A DNA stretch of 64,000 bases from positions 256,001 to 320,000 of the forward strand of contig JAVLKG010000006.1 in assembly GCA_032128875.1 (NCBI GenBank). Direction: 5' to 3'. Below are positions 27,952-36,935 of this stretch, piece after piece. The DNA comes from Candidatus Melainabacteria bacterium 17Bon1m. GTDB lineage: Bacteria; Cyanobacteriota; Vampirovibrionia; Obscuribacterales; Obscuribacteraceae. The position numbers and the translations under genes were made by a program. Every line of letters starts with the position of its first letter. Positions within the stretch are counted from its first letter, which is position 1. A model generated the notes under the pieces. It worked only from the letters and a program-made list of their open reading frames with translations, did no database searches and was not told where the DNA came from.

Positions 27952-29622
27952 ATGGCCGAAGGAGTCAATGTGGGCACGCTGGCGCCGATTGAGGAAATCG
28001 CACAGGCATTGGGGCTTGCGAAAGAGGATATTGAGCAGTTCGGTCTCGGCAAAGCCAAAATCACATATGAGGCGATGTCACGGCTGCTTAGTGCCAAGGA
28101 CAAACGTGGGAAGCTTGTTCTTGTCACCGCCATAACACCGACTAAGGCCGGTGAAGGTAAAACCACAACCAGTATTGGCTTGGCGCAGGCGTTGTGGAAA
28201 CTCGGGAAGAAATCACTTGCAGCACTTCGCGAACCTTCACTTGGCCCGGTGTTCGGCATGAAAGGCGGCGGAACGGGTGGCGGTAAAGCGCAACTCGTTC
28301 CGATGGCTGATATCAACCTGCATTGCACCGGCGATTTGCACGCTATTACGACGGCGAACAACTTGCTCTCCGCGCTCGCTGATAACCATATCTTCTATGG
28401 CAATCAGCTCAATTTCGATTCGCGAACTATTCAGTTTAAACGCGCAATCGATATGAACGAACGCGCGCTAAGAGATATCGTGCAAGGTTTGGGCGGCAAG
28501 GGAAACGGCTACCCGCGTCAATCTAGCTACTTGATCACAGCGGCATCAGAGGTGATGGCAATTCTTTGCCTCGCCGATTCGATGGATGATCTAAAAGTAC
28601 GTCTAGGAAATATCCTCGTTGGACAAGACACTAAGGGCAAACCAATTCGCGCCGGAGATGTTGGCGGAGTCGGCTCAATGGCTGCGTTGTTGCGCGACGC
28701 ACTGAGACCCAACATCGTTCAAACATTCGAGAACACTCCTGCTTTTGTGCATGGCGGACCATTCGGCAACATCGCACACGGATGTTCCAGTGTTCTTGCA
28801 ACACGCATTGCTCTGCGAACTGCAGAAATTGTTGTTACTGAGGCAGGCTTCGGAGCAGACCTCGGTTTTGAAAAGTATTGCGACATCGTGGCTGCGCCCC
28901 GCTTGCCGGAATTGGCTCCAGATGCCGTTGTCATAGTAGTAACAGTAAAAGCGCTTAAGCTTCACGGTGGTGTCAGTGATGATGCTTTATCTGCGCCGAA
29001 TGCCGAAGCTGTGAAGACTGGTTTTGCCAACGTCGAGCGTCACGCCGGTATTGTTGCAAGAACACAAGTGCCGTTCGTGATCGCGATCAATAAATTCCAT
29101 ACTGACACAGAAGAGGAAATTAAGGCGATAAAAGATGCGTGCGCTGCAAAAGGTTGGCGTTGCGAAACATCGGACGTATTCGCAAAAGGCGGTGATGGTG
29201 CTATAGATTTGGCGAAGCTCGTCATCGAAGCCACGAATGAAAAGTCCACCTTCAAGCCGCTTGTAGACCAAGGTTTGCCCATCAAGGAAAAACTCAAGCA
29301 ATTGGCAGAGCGCGTTTATGGTGCCACATCGCTTGAGTACGATCAGGAAGCAGAAAAACAACTCAGGTGGATGAACAACAATGGCTACGGCAACTTGCCG
29401 GTTTGCGTCGCCAAGACTCAGTATTCGTTGTCGGACGATCCTCAGAAATTGAATTCGCCTCGTGACTTCGAGATGCGAGTGCGCGGATTTCAAGTTTCAT
29501 CCGGCGCTGGTTTTGTTGTCGCGCTCATGGGCGAGATCATGACATTGCCTGGATTGCCAAAACAACCCGCCGCCTTCAACATCGATGTCGATAACAACGG
29601 CGTTATCACCGGGCTTTTCTAA
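27952..29622 (+). CDS. fhs: Formate--tetrahydrofolate ligase
   Basis: TPTKAGEGKTTTSIGL, REPSLGPVFGMKGGGTGGG, HGGPFGNIAHG, VTEAGFGADLG, CVAKTQYSLSD, ITGLF. Confidence 0.97.
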   Translation: MAEGVNVGTLAPIEEIAQALGLAKEDIEQFGLGKAKITYEAMSRLLSAKDKRGKLVLVTAITPTKAGEGKTTTSIGLAQALWKLGKKSLAALREPSLGPVFGMKGGGTGGGKAQLVPMADINLHCTGDLHAITTANNLLSALADNHIFYGNQLNFDSRTIQFKRAIDMNERALRDIVQGLGGKGNGYPRQSSYLITAASEVMAILCLADSMDDLKVRLGNILVGQDTKGKPIRAGDVGGVGSMAALLRDALRPNIVQTFENTPAFVHGGPFGNIAHGCSSVLATRIALRTAEIVVTEAGFGADLGFEKYCDIVAAPRLPELAPDAVVIVVTVKALKLHGGVSDDALSAPNAEAVKTGFANVERHAGIVARTQVPFVIAINKFHTDTEEEIKAIKDACAAKGWRCETSDVFAKGGDGAIDLAKLVIEATNEKSTFKPLVDQGLPIKEKLKQLAERVYGATSLEYDQEAEKQLRWMNNNGYGNLPVCVAKTQYSLSDDPQKLNSPRDFEMRVRGFQVSSGAGFVVALMGEIMTLPGLPKQPAAFNIDVDNNGVITGLF

Positions 29623-29648
29623 CTTTTTGTGAGGTATTCAAGGTTCAA

Positions 29649-30686
29649 GTGGCACTTCCAAGAATAGACATTCATACGCACATTCTGCCGCGCGAAATTC
29701 CAAAGTGGAAAGAAGACTTCGGCTATGGCGGATTTATTTGTCTCGACCATCACTTGCCGTGTAAGGCGCGCATGCTCAAAGATGACGGGAAGTTTTTCCG
29801 CGAAGTTGAAAGCAACTGTTGGGACGGAGCACAACGCTTGCTTGAGTGCGATGGAGTTAATGTTGATGTACAGGTGCTCTCGACTGTTCCGGTGATGTTC
29901 AGCTATTGGGCGAAACCTCAAGATGGGCTCGCTGTCGCGAAATTCTTGAATGATGATCTCGCTGAAACGGTCAAAACAAACCCCTCACGTTTCGTAGGTC
30001 TTGGCACCTTGCCTCTTCAAGATCCAAAACTTGCGGTTAAAGAACTCGAGCGCTGCATGCGTGATTTGAAGTTTCAAGGAATTCAAATCGGTTCGCACGT
30101 AAATGAATGGAACCTCGATGATCCCGCGTTGTTCCCCGTGTTTCAAGCAGCGGAAGAATTGGGCGCTGCAATCTTTGTTCATCCATGGGAAATGATGGGC
30201 GAGGAGAAAATGCAGAAGTATTGGTTGCCGTGGTTGGTTGGAATGCCAGCGGAAACGACACGAGCGATTTGCTCACTTATATTTGGTGGAGTGCTTGAAC
30301 GCCTGCCAAAACTCCGTATCGCCTTCGCGCACGGGGGTGGCTCTTTCGGTTTTACCGTCGGGCGAATTCAGCATGGGTTCGATGTTCGTCCTGACCTTTG
30401 TGCCATCGACAACAAAATTCCACCGCGAGATTACCTTGGGCGCTTTTATGTGGATTCGCTTGTGCACGACAAAGAGATGCTGCGCCTGATTGTCTCTATT
30501 TTCGGTGAAGACAAGGTCGTCCTTGGCAGCGATTATCCTTTCCCACTGGGCGAGGATCGACCTGGAGAATTAATCGAATCGGTCAGCGAGTTCTCGGAGA
30601 CGACGAAGCGAAAGCTACTCTTCGATAACGCCGTAAACTGGTTGCAGGTGGACGCTTTGAGGTTTTCGACCGCCACCGCCCCTTAG
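29649..30686 (+). CDS. Amidohydrolase-2 family, 2-amino-3-carboxymuconate-6-semialdehyde decarboxylase (ACMSD)-like
   Basis: IDIHTHILP, STVPVMFSYWAKP, FVHPWEM, WLPWLVGMPAET, AHGGG, GSDYPFPLGE. Confidence 0.9.
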   Translation: MALPRIDIHTHILPREIPKWKEDFGYGGFICLDHHLPCKARMLKDDGKFFREVESNCWDGAQRLLECDGVNVDVQVLSTVPVMFSYWAKPQDGLAVAKFLNDDLAETVKTNPSRFVGLGTLPLQDPKLAVKELERCMRDLKFQGIQIGSHVNEWNLDDPALFPVFQAAEELGAAIFVHPWEMMGEEKMQKYWLPWLVGMPAETTRAICSLIFGGVLERLPKLRIAFAHGGGSFGFTVGRIQHGFDVRPDLCAIDNKIPPRDYLGRFYVDSLVHDKEMLRLIVSIFGEDKVVLGSDYPFPLGEDRPGELIESVSEFSETTKRKLLFDNAVNWLQVDALRFSTATAP

Positions 30687-30740
30687 AAATAGACGTGAAT
30701 TGGGCATGATATAGAGACCGGTAACTGCCGGAATTGAAAA

Positions 30741-30848
30741 CCTGGGAGCGCCCACCGCTCGTGGGTTTTTGAGCGGAAACCTGGGAGCGCCGGCGACTCG
30801 CCGGCTTTCAATCGGAATCCTGGGAGCGCCGGCAGCTCGCCGGCTTTT
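30741..30848 (+). repeat. Three-unit, 39-bp-period array of hairpin-forming REP-like elements
   Basis: CCTGGGAGCGCC starts at 30741, 30780 and 30819; each unit contains a 6-bp stem with a 5-nt loop ending CTC. Confidence 0.8.
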
Positions 30849-30864
30849 CAAAAGGGAAAACAAC

Positions 30865-31431
30865 ATGCTAGTAGCTGATGTAATCATGTGGTTTTTAATC
30901 ATCGTTGGCATCTGCCTTGCCTTTCCTGCGCTCTGGCTTCTGTCGCGTGGATTGTATCCGCGCCAAGTGGAAAACATTGCTGACTATCTTGAAAAGAGCC
31001 TTGTAAAGCCATTCTTCCTCGGCTTGCCGATAGCGCTGGCGGCATTCTTCACTGTCGCGGCGCTGGGCGGTAAGAAAAGTCCTTTTATGGACATTGCGAT
31101 GTTTCTCATCCTTGGCGCGTTTCTCTTTTATGCAAACGTTGGCGTCGCCGGCTTTGCAACGATGATAGGTCGACGCCTTCCGTCGCCAGTTGATGCAGAA
31201 CGCCCATGGAAGTGCACAGTTCGCGGTGGCACCGCACTTGTTCTATCTTTTGTTTTTCCGTTTCTCGGATGGTTTTGCATTTTGCCATTTTCTTTGATCA
31301 TCGGTGCAGGGGCGCTGACAAACCGGTTGATTGCTAGCAGGAAAAAGCCTGGAGCTTTCGTCGTTCAGCAGCATGGTAGTGCCAAATCAGCAAAGTCCGA
31401 CGCTGACGAAGCAGTCGGTGCGGCAGGATAA
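30865..31431 (+). CDS. Hypothetical integral membrane protein, first gene of the DUF1800/DUF1501 cluster
   Basis: Likely start MLVADV at 30865 (the upstream ORF extension runs through the repeat array); 4-5 TM helices. Confidence 0.7.
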   Translation: MLVADVIMWFLIIVGICLAFPALWLLSRGLYPRQVENIADYLEKSLVKPFFLGLPIALAAFFTVAALGGKKSPFMDIAMFLILGAFLFYANVGVAGFATMIGRRLPSPVDAERPWKCTVRGGTALVLSFVFPFLGWFCILPFSLIIGAGALTNRLIASRKKPGAFVVQQHGSAKSAKSDADEAVGAAG

Positions 31432-31473
31432 CTGCGAATTTCTTATGTGAAACAAGTTTTTGCCGGTGAGTAA

Positions 31474-32991
31474 ATGACGAGCGAACTCAGTAGAAGAGAG
31501 TTTTTAGCCATCAGTACTTTGCTGGGGTGCGCACTGCCTCTTGCCGGTTGCAGCAATCTAAATGGCTACGTCGCTGACAGCTTTGGTGGCGGAATTCCAG
31601 AAAAGATATCTGTCCCAGACTCGCCGCAAATTGATCCTGCGTTTCACTTGATCTCGCGCGCAGGTTTCGGACCTTGGCCGGGCGATGTAGAACGTATCAA
31701 TAAGCAAGGCGCAAAAGCTTGGATAGAAGAACAGCTTGAGCCGGAAAGTATTGATGATAGGTTGTGCGATTTCCGCTCTAAACGTTTTGAAAGCGTCTTT
31801 CTCGACCCTGGCACTTGTTATGAGTTTAAGCGCGAGGCGTTGCGCAAAGACCTCTGTCGCTATCACTTGATGCGCAGTGTCTACAGTAAGCGTCAATTGC
31901 TAGAGTCGATGGTCGAATTCTTCAGCGACCACTTCAATATCTACATTGAAAAAGGTGACTGTATTTATTTGAAGGCGACTGACGATCGTTCTGTCATCAG
32001 GAAGAACGCGCTCGGCCGCTTTCACGATCTTGTTTTGGCGAGCGCGACTTCACCTGCGATGTTGGTGTATCTCGACGGAAAAGAGAATAAGAAAGAAGGA
32101 CCGAAAGGAATACCTAACGAAAATTATGCGCGCGAACTTTTGGAACTGCACACGCTAGGAGTCGACGGTGGATATACACAGAATGACGTCTACGAAGCCG
32201 CTCGCTGCTTGACTGGCTGGCGCTTAGGAAGTGATTCTAAGCGTGGCACTGCCTTTTTCGATCCTAATTTGCACGACGACGGTGAAAAGATTGTGCTCGG
32301 CAAAAAGATACGCGCCGGTGGTGGTGAGAAAGATGTTGCAGCGTTAGTAAATATTGCATGCAACCACCCGTCCACAGCAAAATACATAGCGAAAAAACTC
32401 GTCTCGCATTTTGTCTCTGAAGAGCCTCCTCAGGCACTCTTAAACAGAGTCGCTAAGCGGTATTCTGAGACAGGTGGACAAATCAAACCGATGATACGAG
32501 AGATTCTTTATTCCAATGAATTCAAAGAATCGGCTGGTTCTAAAATGAAGCGCCCATTCCAGTATGTGGTCAGCTGCCTGCGTGCCACCGGTGCTGATAC
32601 TATGGCGGGCGATGAAGTTCTTGAGTATTTAACACGCATGGGTCATGGTCCTTTTCAATATCCGACGCCTGACGGATATCCGACCGAGGCAAATCCTTGG
32701 TTAGGAACCTTGCTGTGGCGCTGGAATTTCGCCTTTGCGCTCTGTTCAAATTCGATCGAAACAGCCAAAGTCGAACTTGCGGACCTCTGCAATGCGGTTG
32801 GATTGGAAGACCTTGCCGGCATCAAGAAGTCTCCCGCAACACTGTTTGCATACTTGGCTGGGCGCCGCCCAAATGCTGAGGAGAGTAAAGCTTTTAAGGA
32901 CTACCTATCGCAACGAAATTTCGAAGATGAGAAAGTTCGCGACGAGTTGGTTGGATTGATTCTCTCATCCCCAGCGTTTCAAAAGGTTTAG
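31474..32991 (+). CDS. DUF1800 family protein, Tat lipoprotein
   Basis: SRREFL..LAGC; RAGFGP, SPAMLVYLD, PNENYARELLELHTLG, SPAFQ. Confidence 0.9.
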   Translation: MTSELSRREFLAISTLLGCALPLAGCSNLNGYVADSFGGGIPEKISVPDSPQIDPAFHLISRAGFGPWPGDVERINKQGAKAWIEEQLEPESIDDRLCDFRSKRFESVFLDPGTCYEFKREALRKDLCRYHLMRSVYSKRQLLESMVEFFSDHFNIYIEKGDCIYLKATDDRSVIRKNALGRFHDLVLASATSPAMLVYLDGKENKKEGPKGIPNENYARELLELHTLGVDGGYTQNDVYEAARCLTGWRLGSDSKRGTAFFDPNLHDDGEKIVLGKKIRAGGGEKDVAALVNIACNHPSTAKYIAKKLVSHFVSEEPPQALLNRVAKRYSETGGQIKPMIREILYSNEFKESAGSKMKRPFQYVVSCLRATGADTMAGDEVLEYLTRMGHGPFQYPTPDGYPTEANPWLGTLLWRWNFAFALCSNSIETAKVELADLCNAVGLEDLAGIKKSPATLFAYLAGRRPNAEESKAFKDYLSQRNFEDEKVRDELVGLILSSPAFQKV

Positions 32992-32995
32992 GTCG

Positions 32996-34201
32996 ATGCC
33001 TGAGCAATCGCGACGACAATTTTTGCAACGCTTGGCATTGCGCTCCGATGCTCTCAGCGAGAAGAGCGACAAAACGCTTGTGTGCATCTTCTTGCGAGGC
33101 GGCGCAGATACACTCAACATGTTTATTCCGTACGCCGATGACACTTACTACAAAATCAGACCGACGATTTCAATCCCCCATCCGAGTGGAAAAGGCTCCG
33201 ATGCATCGATTAGGCTTGACGATTTCTACTCCCTGCATCCGAAGCTCGCACCGATCTTGCCAATCTATAAAGAAGGGCGAATGGCGGTTGTTCAGGCGGT
33301 TGGCACCGACAATCCAACTGGGTCGCATTTTGAAACTCAGGATCAAATGGAGCATGGTGATGGGTTTAAAAAGACCGCAGGTGGTGGTTGGTTGGCTCGA
33401 TACTTACGGGCAAGATTCGGCAATAATCTGACGCCACTCTCTGCTGTTTCAATTGGACCAATGCTGCCGGAATCCTTACGTGGTGCGCCTGGCGCGAGCG
33501 CAATCACCACGATAGACGATATTCGAATCAAAGCGCCTTGTGAGAATCCAGCTGTCGTTGCACAAGCACTGACTAGTTTGTATGGAGCGGATGTCGGAGT
33601 ACTTTCCATTCCTGGACGAGATACTTTGAGGTTGTTGACTAGAGTTGAAACCCTGCGCACAGCGGAGTATAAACCGGCTAATGGTGCGAATTATCCCGAT
33701 TCTAATTTCGCCAGAGGGCTCCGGGAGGTTGCGCGATTGATCAAATCGGATGTTGGTCTTGAGGTTGCTTGCGTAGATTTGGATGGATGGGATACGCACT
33801 TCGTACAAGGCTCGGTCGATGGACAGCAAGCCGCTTTGATAGAAACACTTGGAGCCGGATTAGCCGCATTTGATGCGGATCTCGCTAGTCGACGCAAACA
33901 AGTGACGACCTTGATAATCACTGAATTTGGTAGAAGAACTTATGAAAATGGATCACTCGGAACAGATCACGGTCGCGGATTTGCTGCAATGGTGATCGGT
34001 GATGGACTTCGTGGTGGACAAATCTTGGGACGCTATCCTGGTTTGAACGAAGCCAAATGGGTTCTCGGTCCCGCAGGTCTGGACGTGATTTACGACTATC
34101 GCACAGTGTTGTCTGAGGTGCTTACAAACAAAATGGCCTTGCGAGATATCGGTGCTGTCTTCCCCGGATTCGAACCACAGAAAATAGGTATTGTGGCTTA
34201 G
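32996..34201 (+). CDS. DUF1501 family protein
   Basis: IFLRGGAD, SHFETQ, GWDTH, TEFGRR..ENGSLGTDHG. Confidence 0.9.
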   Translation: MPEQSRRQFLQRLALRSDALSEKSDKTLVCIFLRGGADTLNMFIPYADDTYYKIRPTISIPHPSGKGSDASIRLDDFYSLHPKLAPILPIYKEGRMAVVQAVGTDNPTGSHFETQDQMEHGDGFKKTAGGGWLARYLRARFGNNLTPLSAVSIGPMLPESLRGAPGASAITTIDDIRIKAPCENPAVVAQALTSLYGADVGVLSIPGRDTLRLLTRVETLRTAEYKPANGANYPDSNFARGLREVARLIKSDVGLEVACVDLDGWDTHFVQGSVDGQQAALIETLGAGLAAFDADLASRRKQVTTLIITEFGRRTYENGSLGTDHGRGFAAMVIGDGLRGGQILGRYPGLNEAKWVLGPAGLDVIYDYRTVLSEVLTNKMALRDIGAVFPGFEPQKIGIVA

Positions 34202-34970
34202 TTTGAGAAAAGCTTCTATAGAACGATCATTACTTTTGTCGATTGTGCTTTCAGTCTTCTTAAGCACTTCGGAAGCATTTGCCGATGGAATTTCGTATGT
34301 TGCGGTGCCGCATTATGCTACCGGCTCGCTCTATTTGCTTGTGACGTTGTTCGTCCTTTCTGTAATCACTTTTTCGGTAAGTATATTTAGGGCTGAACGG
34401 GTTCCGAATGTCTTCAGAAAGTATGTCCCGTTAGCGTTGTTTTTAGTCTTTCTTGTTTGTGCGTCTTTGCTTGACAAGAAGCGCTTTGCTCCAATGCAGG
34501 TTGCTGACTCTGCGACGGCAGATTTGCCCATCTTCAAGTTTGTTCTTCCCTTCTTCTACAAGTCTTTACCTACTGCAGCTGTTGCACTTTGGATTACGGC
34601 GTTGGTAGACAGTTTGAACATGATTCATTTTTTCTTGGGGCTTTGCTCAACTTTGTTGATTGAGACACTTATTCTCTATTTTGGCTTAGGCAAGGAATAC
34701 GATGGACGAAGCAAGGTTTTAATAGGATGTCTGCTCAGTCTAGCTACGTTTCCAATCGTCAATTTGTTAATTCCTATCTGGTTAAATCCGGAAACAATGT
34801 TGTTTGCGTACTGCTGGATTTCGGAAACATTTGCTTTCTTAGCTGAATGTCTGTTATTCGTTTTCATTTTCTCCAAAAAACGATCGACCAAGTCCCAGTT
34901 AGCTGTCAATTGCGCCATCATTTTTTTAGCGAATGTAGCGTCTTTTACTTACGGATACTTTTTTCTCTAA
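34191..34970 (+). CDS. Hypothetical polytopic membrane protein
   Basis: 259-aa ORF with about seven hydrophobic segments. Confidence 0.65.
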   Translation: MWLSLRKASIERSLLLSIVLSVFLSTSEAFADGISYVAVPHYATGSLYLLVTLFVLSVITFSVSIFRAERVPNVFRKYVPLALFLVFLVCASLLDKKRFAPMQVADSATADLPIFKFVLPFFYKSLPTAAVALWITALVDSLNMIHFFLGLCSTLLIETLILYFGLGKEYDGRSKVLIGCLLSLATFPIVNLLIPIWLNPETMLFAYCWISETFAFLAECLLFVFIFSKKRSTKSQLAVNCAIIFLANVASFTYGYFFL

Positions 34971-34991
34971 TTCAGGAATTGAGGACAAACA

Positions 34992-35555
34992 ATGAGGAGT
35001 CGTTACTTTTATTGCCTTCTTGTGTTTTTCTTGTTGCAAGCACTTCCGTGTTTTGCTGAAGCTCCCTCCAAAAAACTTGGCATGGAAATAAGTGCGCTTA
35101 CAGCCAGATTCCCAGAAGAATCAAATGAGCATAATGCAGCGCTTGAAGTGGGATTTCGCAACAAGACTCAGAACTTTATTTATGTCCAGTTTTCAGGAAA
35201 TTATGGCAAAGGGAATGGTATTAAGCCACCCATTTATACTTCTCCTGAAAATCCGTATTGTAGACAGCCGGCGGTTTTTGCTGAATTTCTTTATGAATGG
35301 TTTGATAGCGAGGGAAAGTCAATTCTCAAGGGGAAATACGATGTAAGCCGCGAGAGTTTGACGTTGAAACCAAATGGTGTGAAAACTGTTCTTGTGCCAG
35401 TAATGTTGCCACCGCCGGGAATTCGCAAACTGGTTGTGAAGTTTTCAAATTTGCAACTAGTTCCTTTATCCAGCACTTTCAACATGTTTCAAACGGAAGA
35501 CACTGCTATCTTCGAGGAGCTTGAAGATCAGGCTGTTATAACGATTAAGAAGTAG
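34992..35555 (+). CDS. Secreted hypothetical protein
   Basis: GAGGA RBS; signal peptide ending CFA. Confidence 0.65.
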   Translation: MRSRYFYCLLVFFLLQALPCFAEAPSKKLGMEISALTARFPEESNEHNAALEVGFRNKTQNFIYVQFSGNYGKGNGIKPPIYTSPENPYCRQPAVFAEFLYEWFDSEGKSILKGKYDVSRESLTLKPNGVKTVLVPVMLPPPGIRKLVVKFSNLQLVPLSSTFNMFQTEDTAIFEELEDQAVITIKK

Positions 35556-35623
35556 GTAGAGGACTTCTGATGTTCAAAAGCCCAAAGTATCGTGTTCCTG
35601 TTTAGATACCCACACTAAGACCA

Positions 35624-35647
35624 GTCGACGCATGGCGTCGACCCTCC
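35624..35647 (-). repeat. REP-like palindrome between convergent genes
   Basis: Minus strand GGAG-G-GTCGACGC-CAT-GCGTCGAC. Confidence 0.5.
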
Positions 35648-35663
35648 GTTACTTTTATCGCAG

Positions 35664-36158
35664 CTACTTCTTCTTTGCGGCGTTTTTTGCTTTTTCTAAA
35701 ATGCTGGCAGGAACTTGGGGCAAAGCTTCGTCTTTTAGAGTTAGTTTTTCGTAGTTGGCTTTGTAAGCCTCGATCTGCTTGTCGAACGCAGCCATGTCCG
35801 AATCTTTCCAACCGCCGCGTGCCATTGCAGGTTCATTCTCGAGAAGTTTATCTAGCTCTGTTCTGAGCTTCTTGTAGTTGCCCTCGGTAACAGCGTTGAC
35901 GCGTTTTGCCTGATCCAAAATCGCGCCAAGATTCGAAAGTTTTTGACGATACTTGACCGCGTTAACTTGAATTCGTTTGAACGAAGCCATCTCCGGTCTG
36001 TCCATTACGGGCACTTTTGCCGGTGCCTGCGTCTTGCTGGCTGGCGCAATTGTCGTCGTTGGTTTTACTGGCTCGTTGCCGCCAAAAGCAGCAGGCGCAA
36101 GGGAGAAAACCATCAGCGGTGTCATCGCCGCCAGCAGAATTTTTTTGTGCTGAAACAT
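35664..36158 (-). CDS. Secreted helical hypothetical protein
   Basis: GGAG RBS; signal peptide; weakly similar to the neighbouring 36192-36728 protein. Confidence 0.7.
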   Translation of the reverse strand: MFQHKKILLAAMTPLMVFSLAPAAFGGNEPVKPTTTIAPASKTQAPAKVPVMDRPEMASFKRIQVNAVKYRQKLSNLGAILDQAKRVNAVTEGNYKKLRTELDKLLENEPAMARGGWKDSDMAAFDKQIEAYKANYEKLTLKDEALPQVPASILEKAKNAAKKK

Positions 36159-36191
36159 TTTTTCTCCCTTGCACTATGCAGTTTGTGATTG

Positions 36192-36728
36192 CTATTTCGT
36201 GGACTTAGTTGTTGTAGTCTTCGTTGTTTTCTTGTCACCAGAAGCAGTTTTCTTTGTGGTCGTGGTTTTCTTCGCTGCTGGTGTTGTGGTTTTTGTTGTA
36301 GTCGTTGTGGTTGCAGTAGTTTTCGGCTTGTTTGATGCTGACGAAAGATCGGCGTTGACCTTTGTCACTTGCTTTTCGAGATCATCAACATCTGCTTTGG
36401 GAAATCCTGCAGCCTCGATTTTTGCTTCAACACCAGTCAAACGATCTAGCTCTGCTTTGAAGTTGCCGTGTTCGTCAGAGGTGATCCACCCTTTCGACAA
36501 GGCTGTGTCGTTTTGTTGGTTGAGGTTGTTGATTCTCTCCTTGAATTTCAAAGTGTACGTTTTCGATGATTCTACTGAAATCGAAGTAGCGCCGTTGGGC
36601 GAAGTTCTGCCGGATGATTCGATAACGGTAGTGCGTTTGATTACAGTCTCTTCTGCTTGAGCAGGCAACACAGAAGCAATCAGCAGGGGGGCTATCAACG
36701 CAAGGGATACACGCTTAATGTCGGTCAT
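36192..36728 (-). CDS. Secreted hypothetical protein with Thr/Lys-rich tail
   Basis: Likely start MTDIK at 36728 after a GGAG RBS; signal peptide ending AQA. Confidence 0.7.
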   Translation of the reverse strand: MTDIKRVSLALIAPLLIASVLPAQAEETVIKRTTVIESSGRTSPNGATSISVESSKTYTLKFKERINNLNQQNDTALSKGWITSDEHGNFKAELDRLTGVEAKIEAAGFPKADVDDLEKQVTKVNADLSSASNKPKTTATTTTTTKTTTPAAKKTTTTKKTASGDKKTTKTTTTKSTK

Positions 36729-36935
36729 TTTTCTTCTCCATGAAACTGAGTCCTTACTCAAGGACTCTCTTGAGAACTTGGGTCAATATAGGCTCGCGGA
36801 CTTGAATATACCCTGACCTCACTCGCCCAAAAACGACATTTAAGGCATTGTATCGGGCCATCACCATACCTCGCAAACTCTACCTCTACCTCCATAAACC
36901 CGTCTCTGGTTTTGTAGTAACCCGCAAGAGGAACA

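Noticed and set aside
30741-30848. Mini CRISPR array
   Set aside because: Only three units with a 39-bp period; the variable parts are about 10 nt and similar to each other, far too short for spacers
34191-35555. Horizontally acquired AT-rich islet
   Set aside because: Looks more AT-rich by eye, but I cannot compute this reliably, membrane-protein codon bias explains part of it, and there are no mobility signatures
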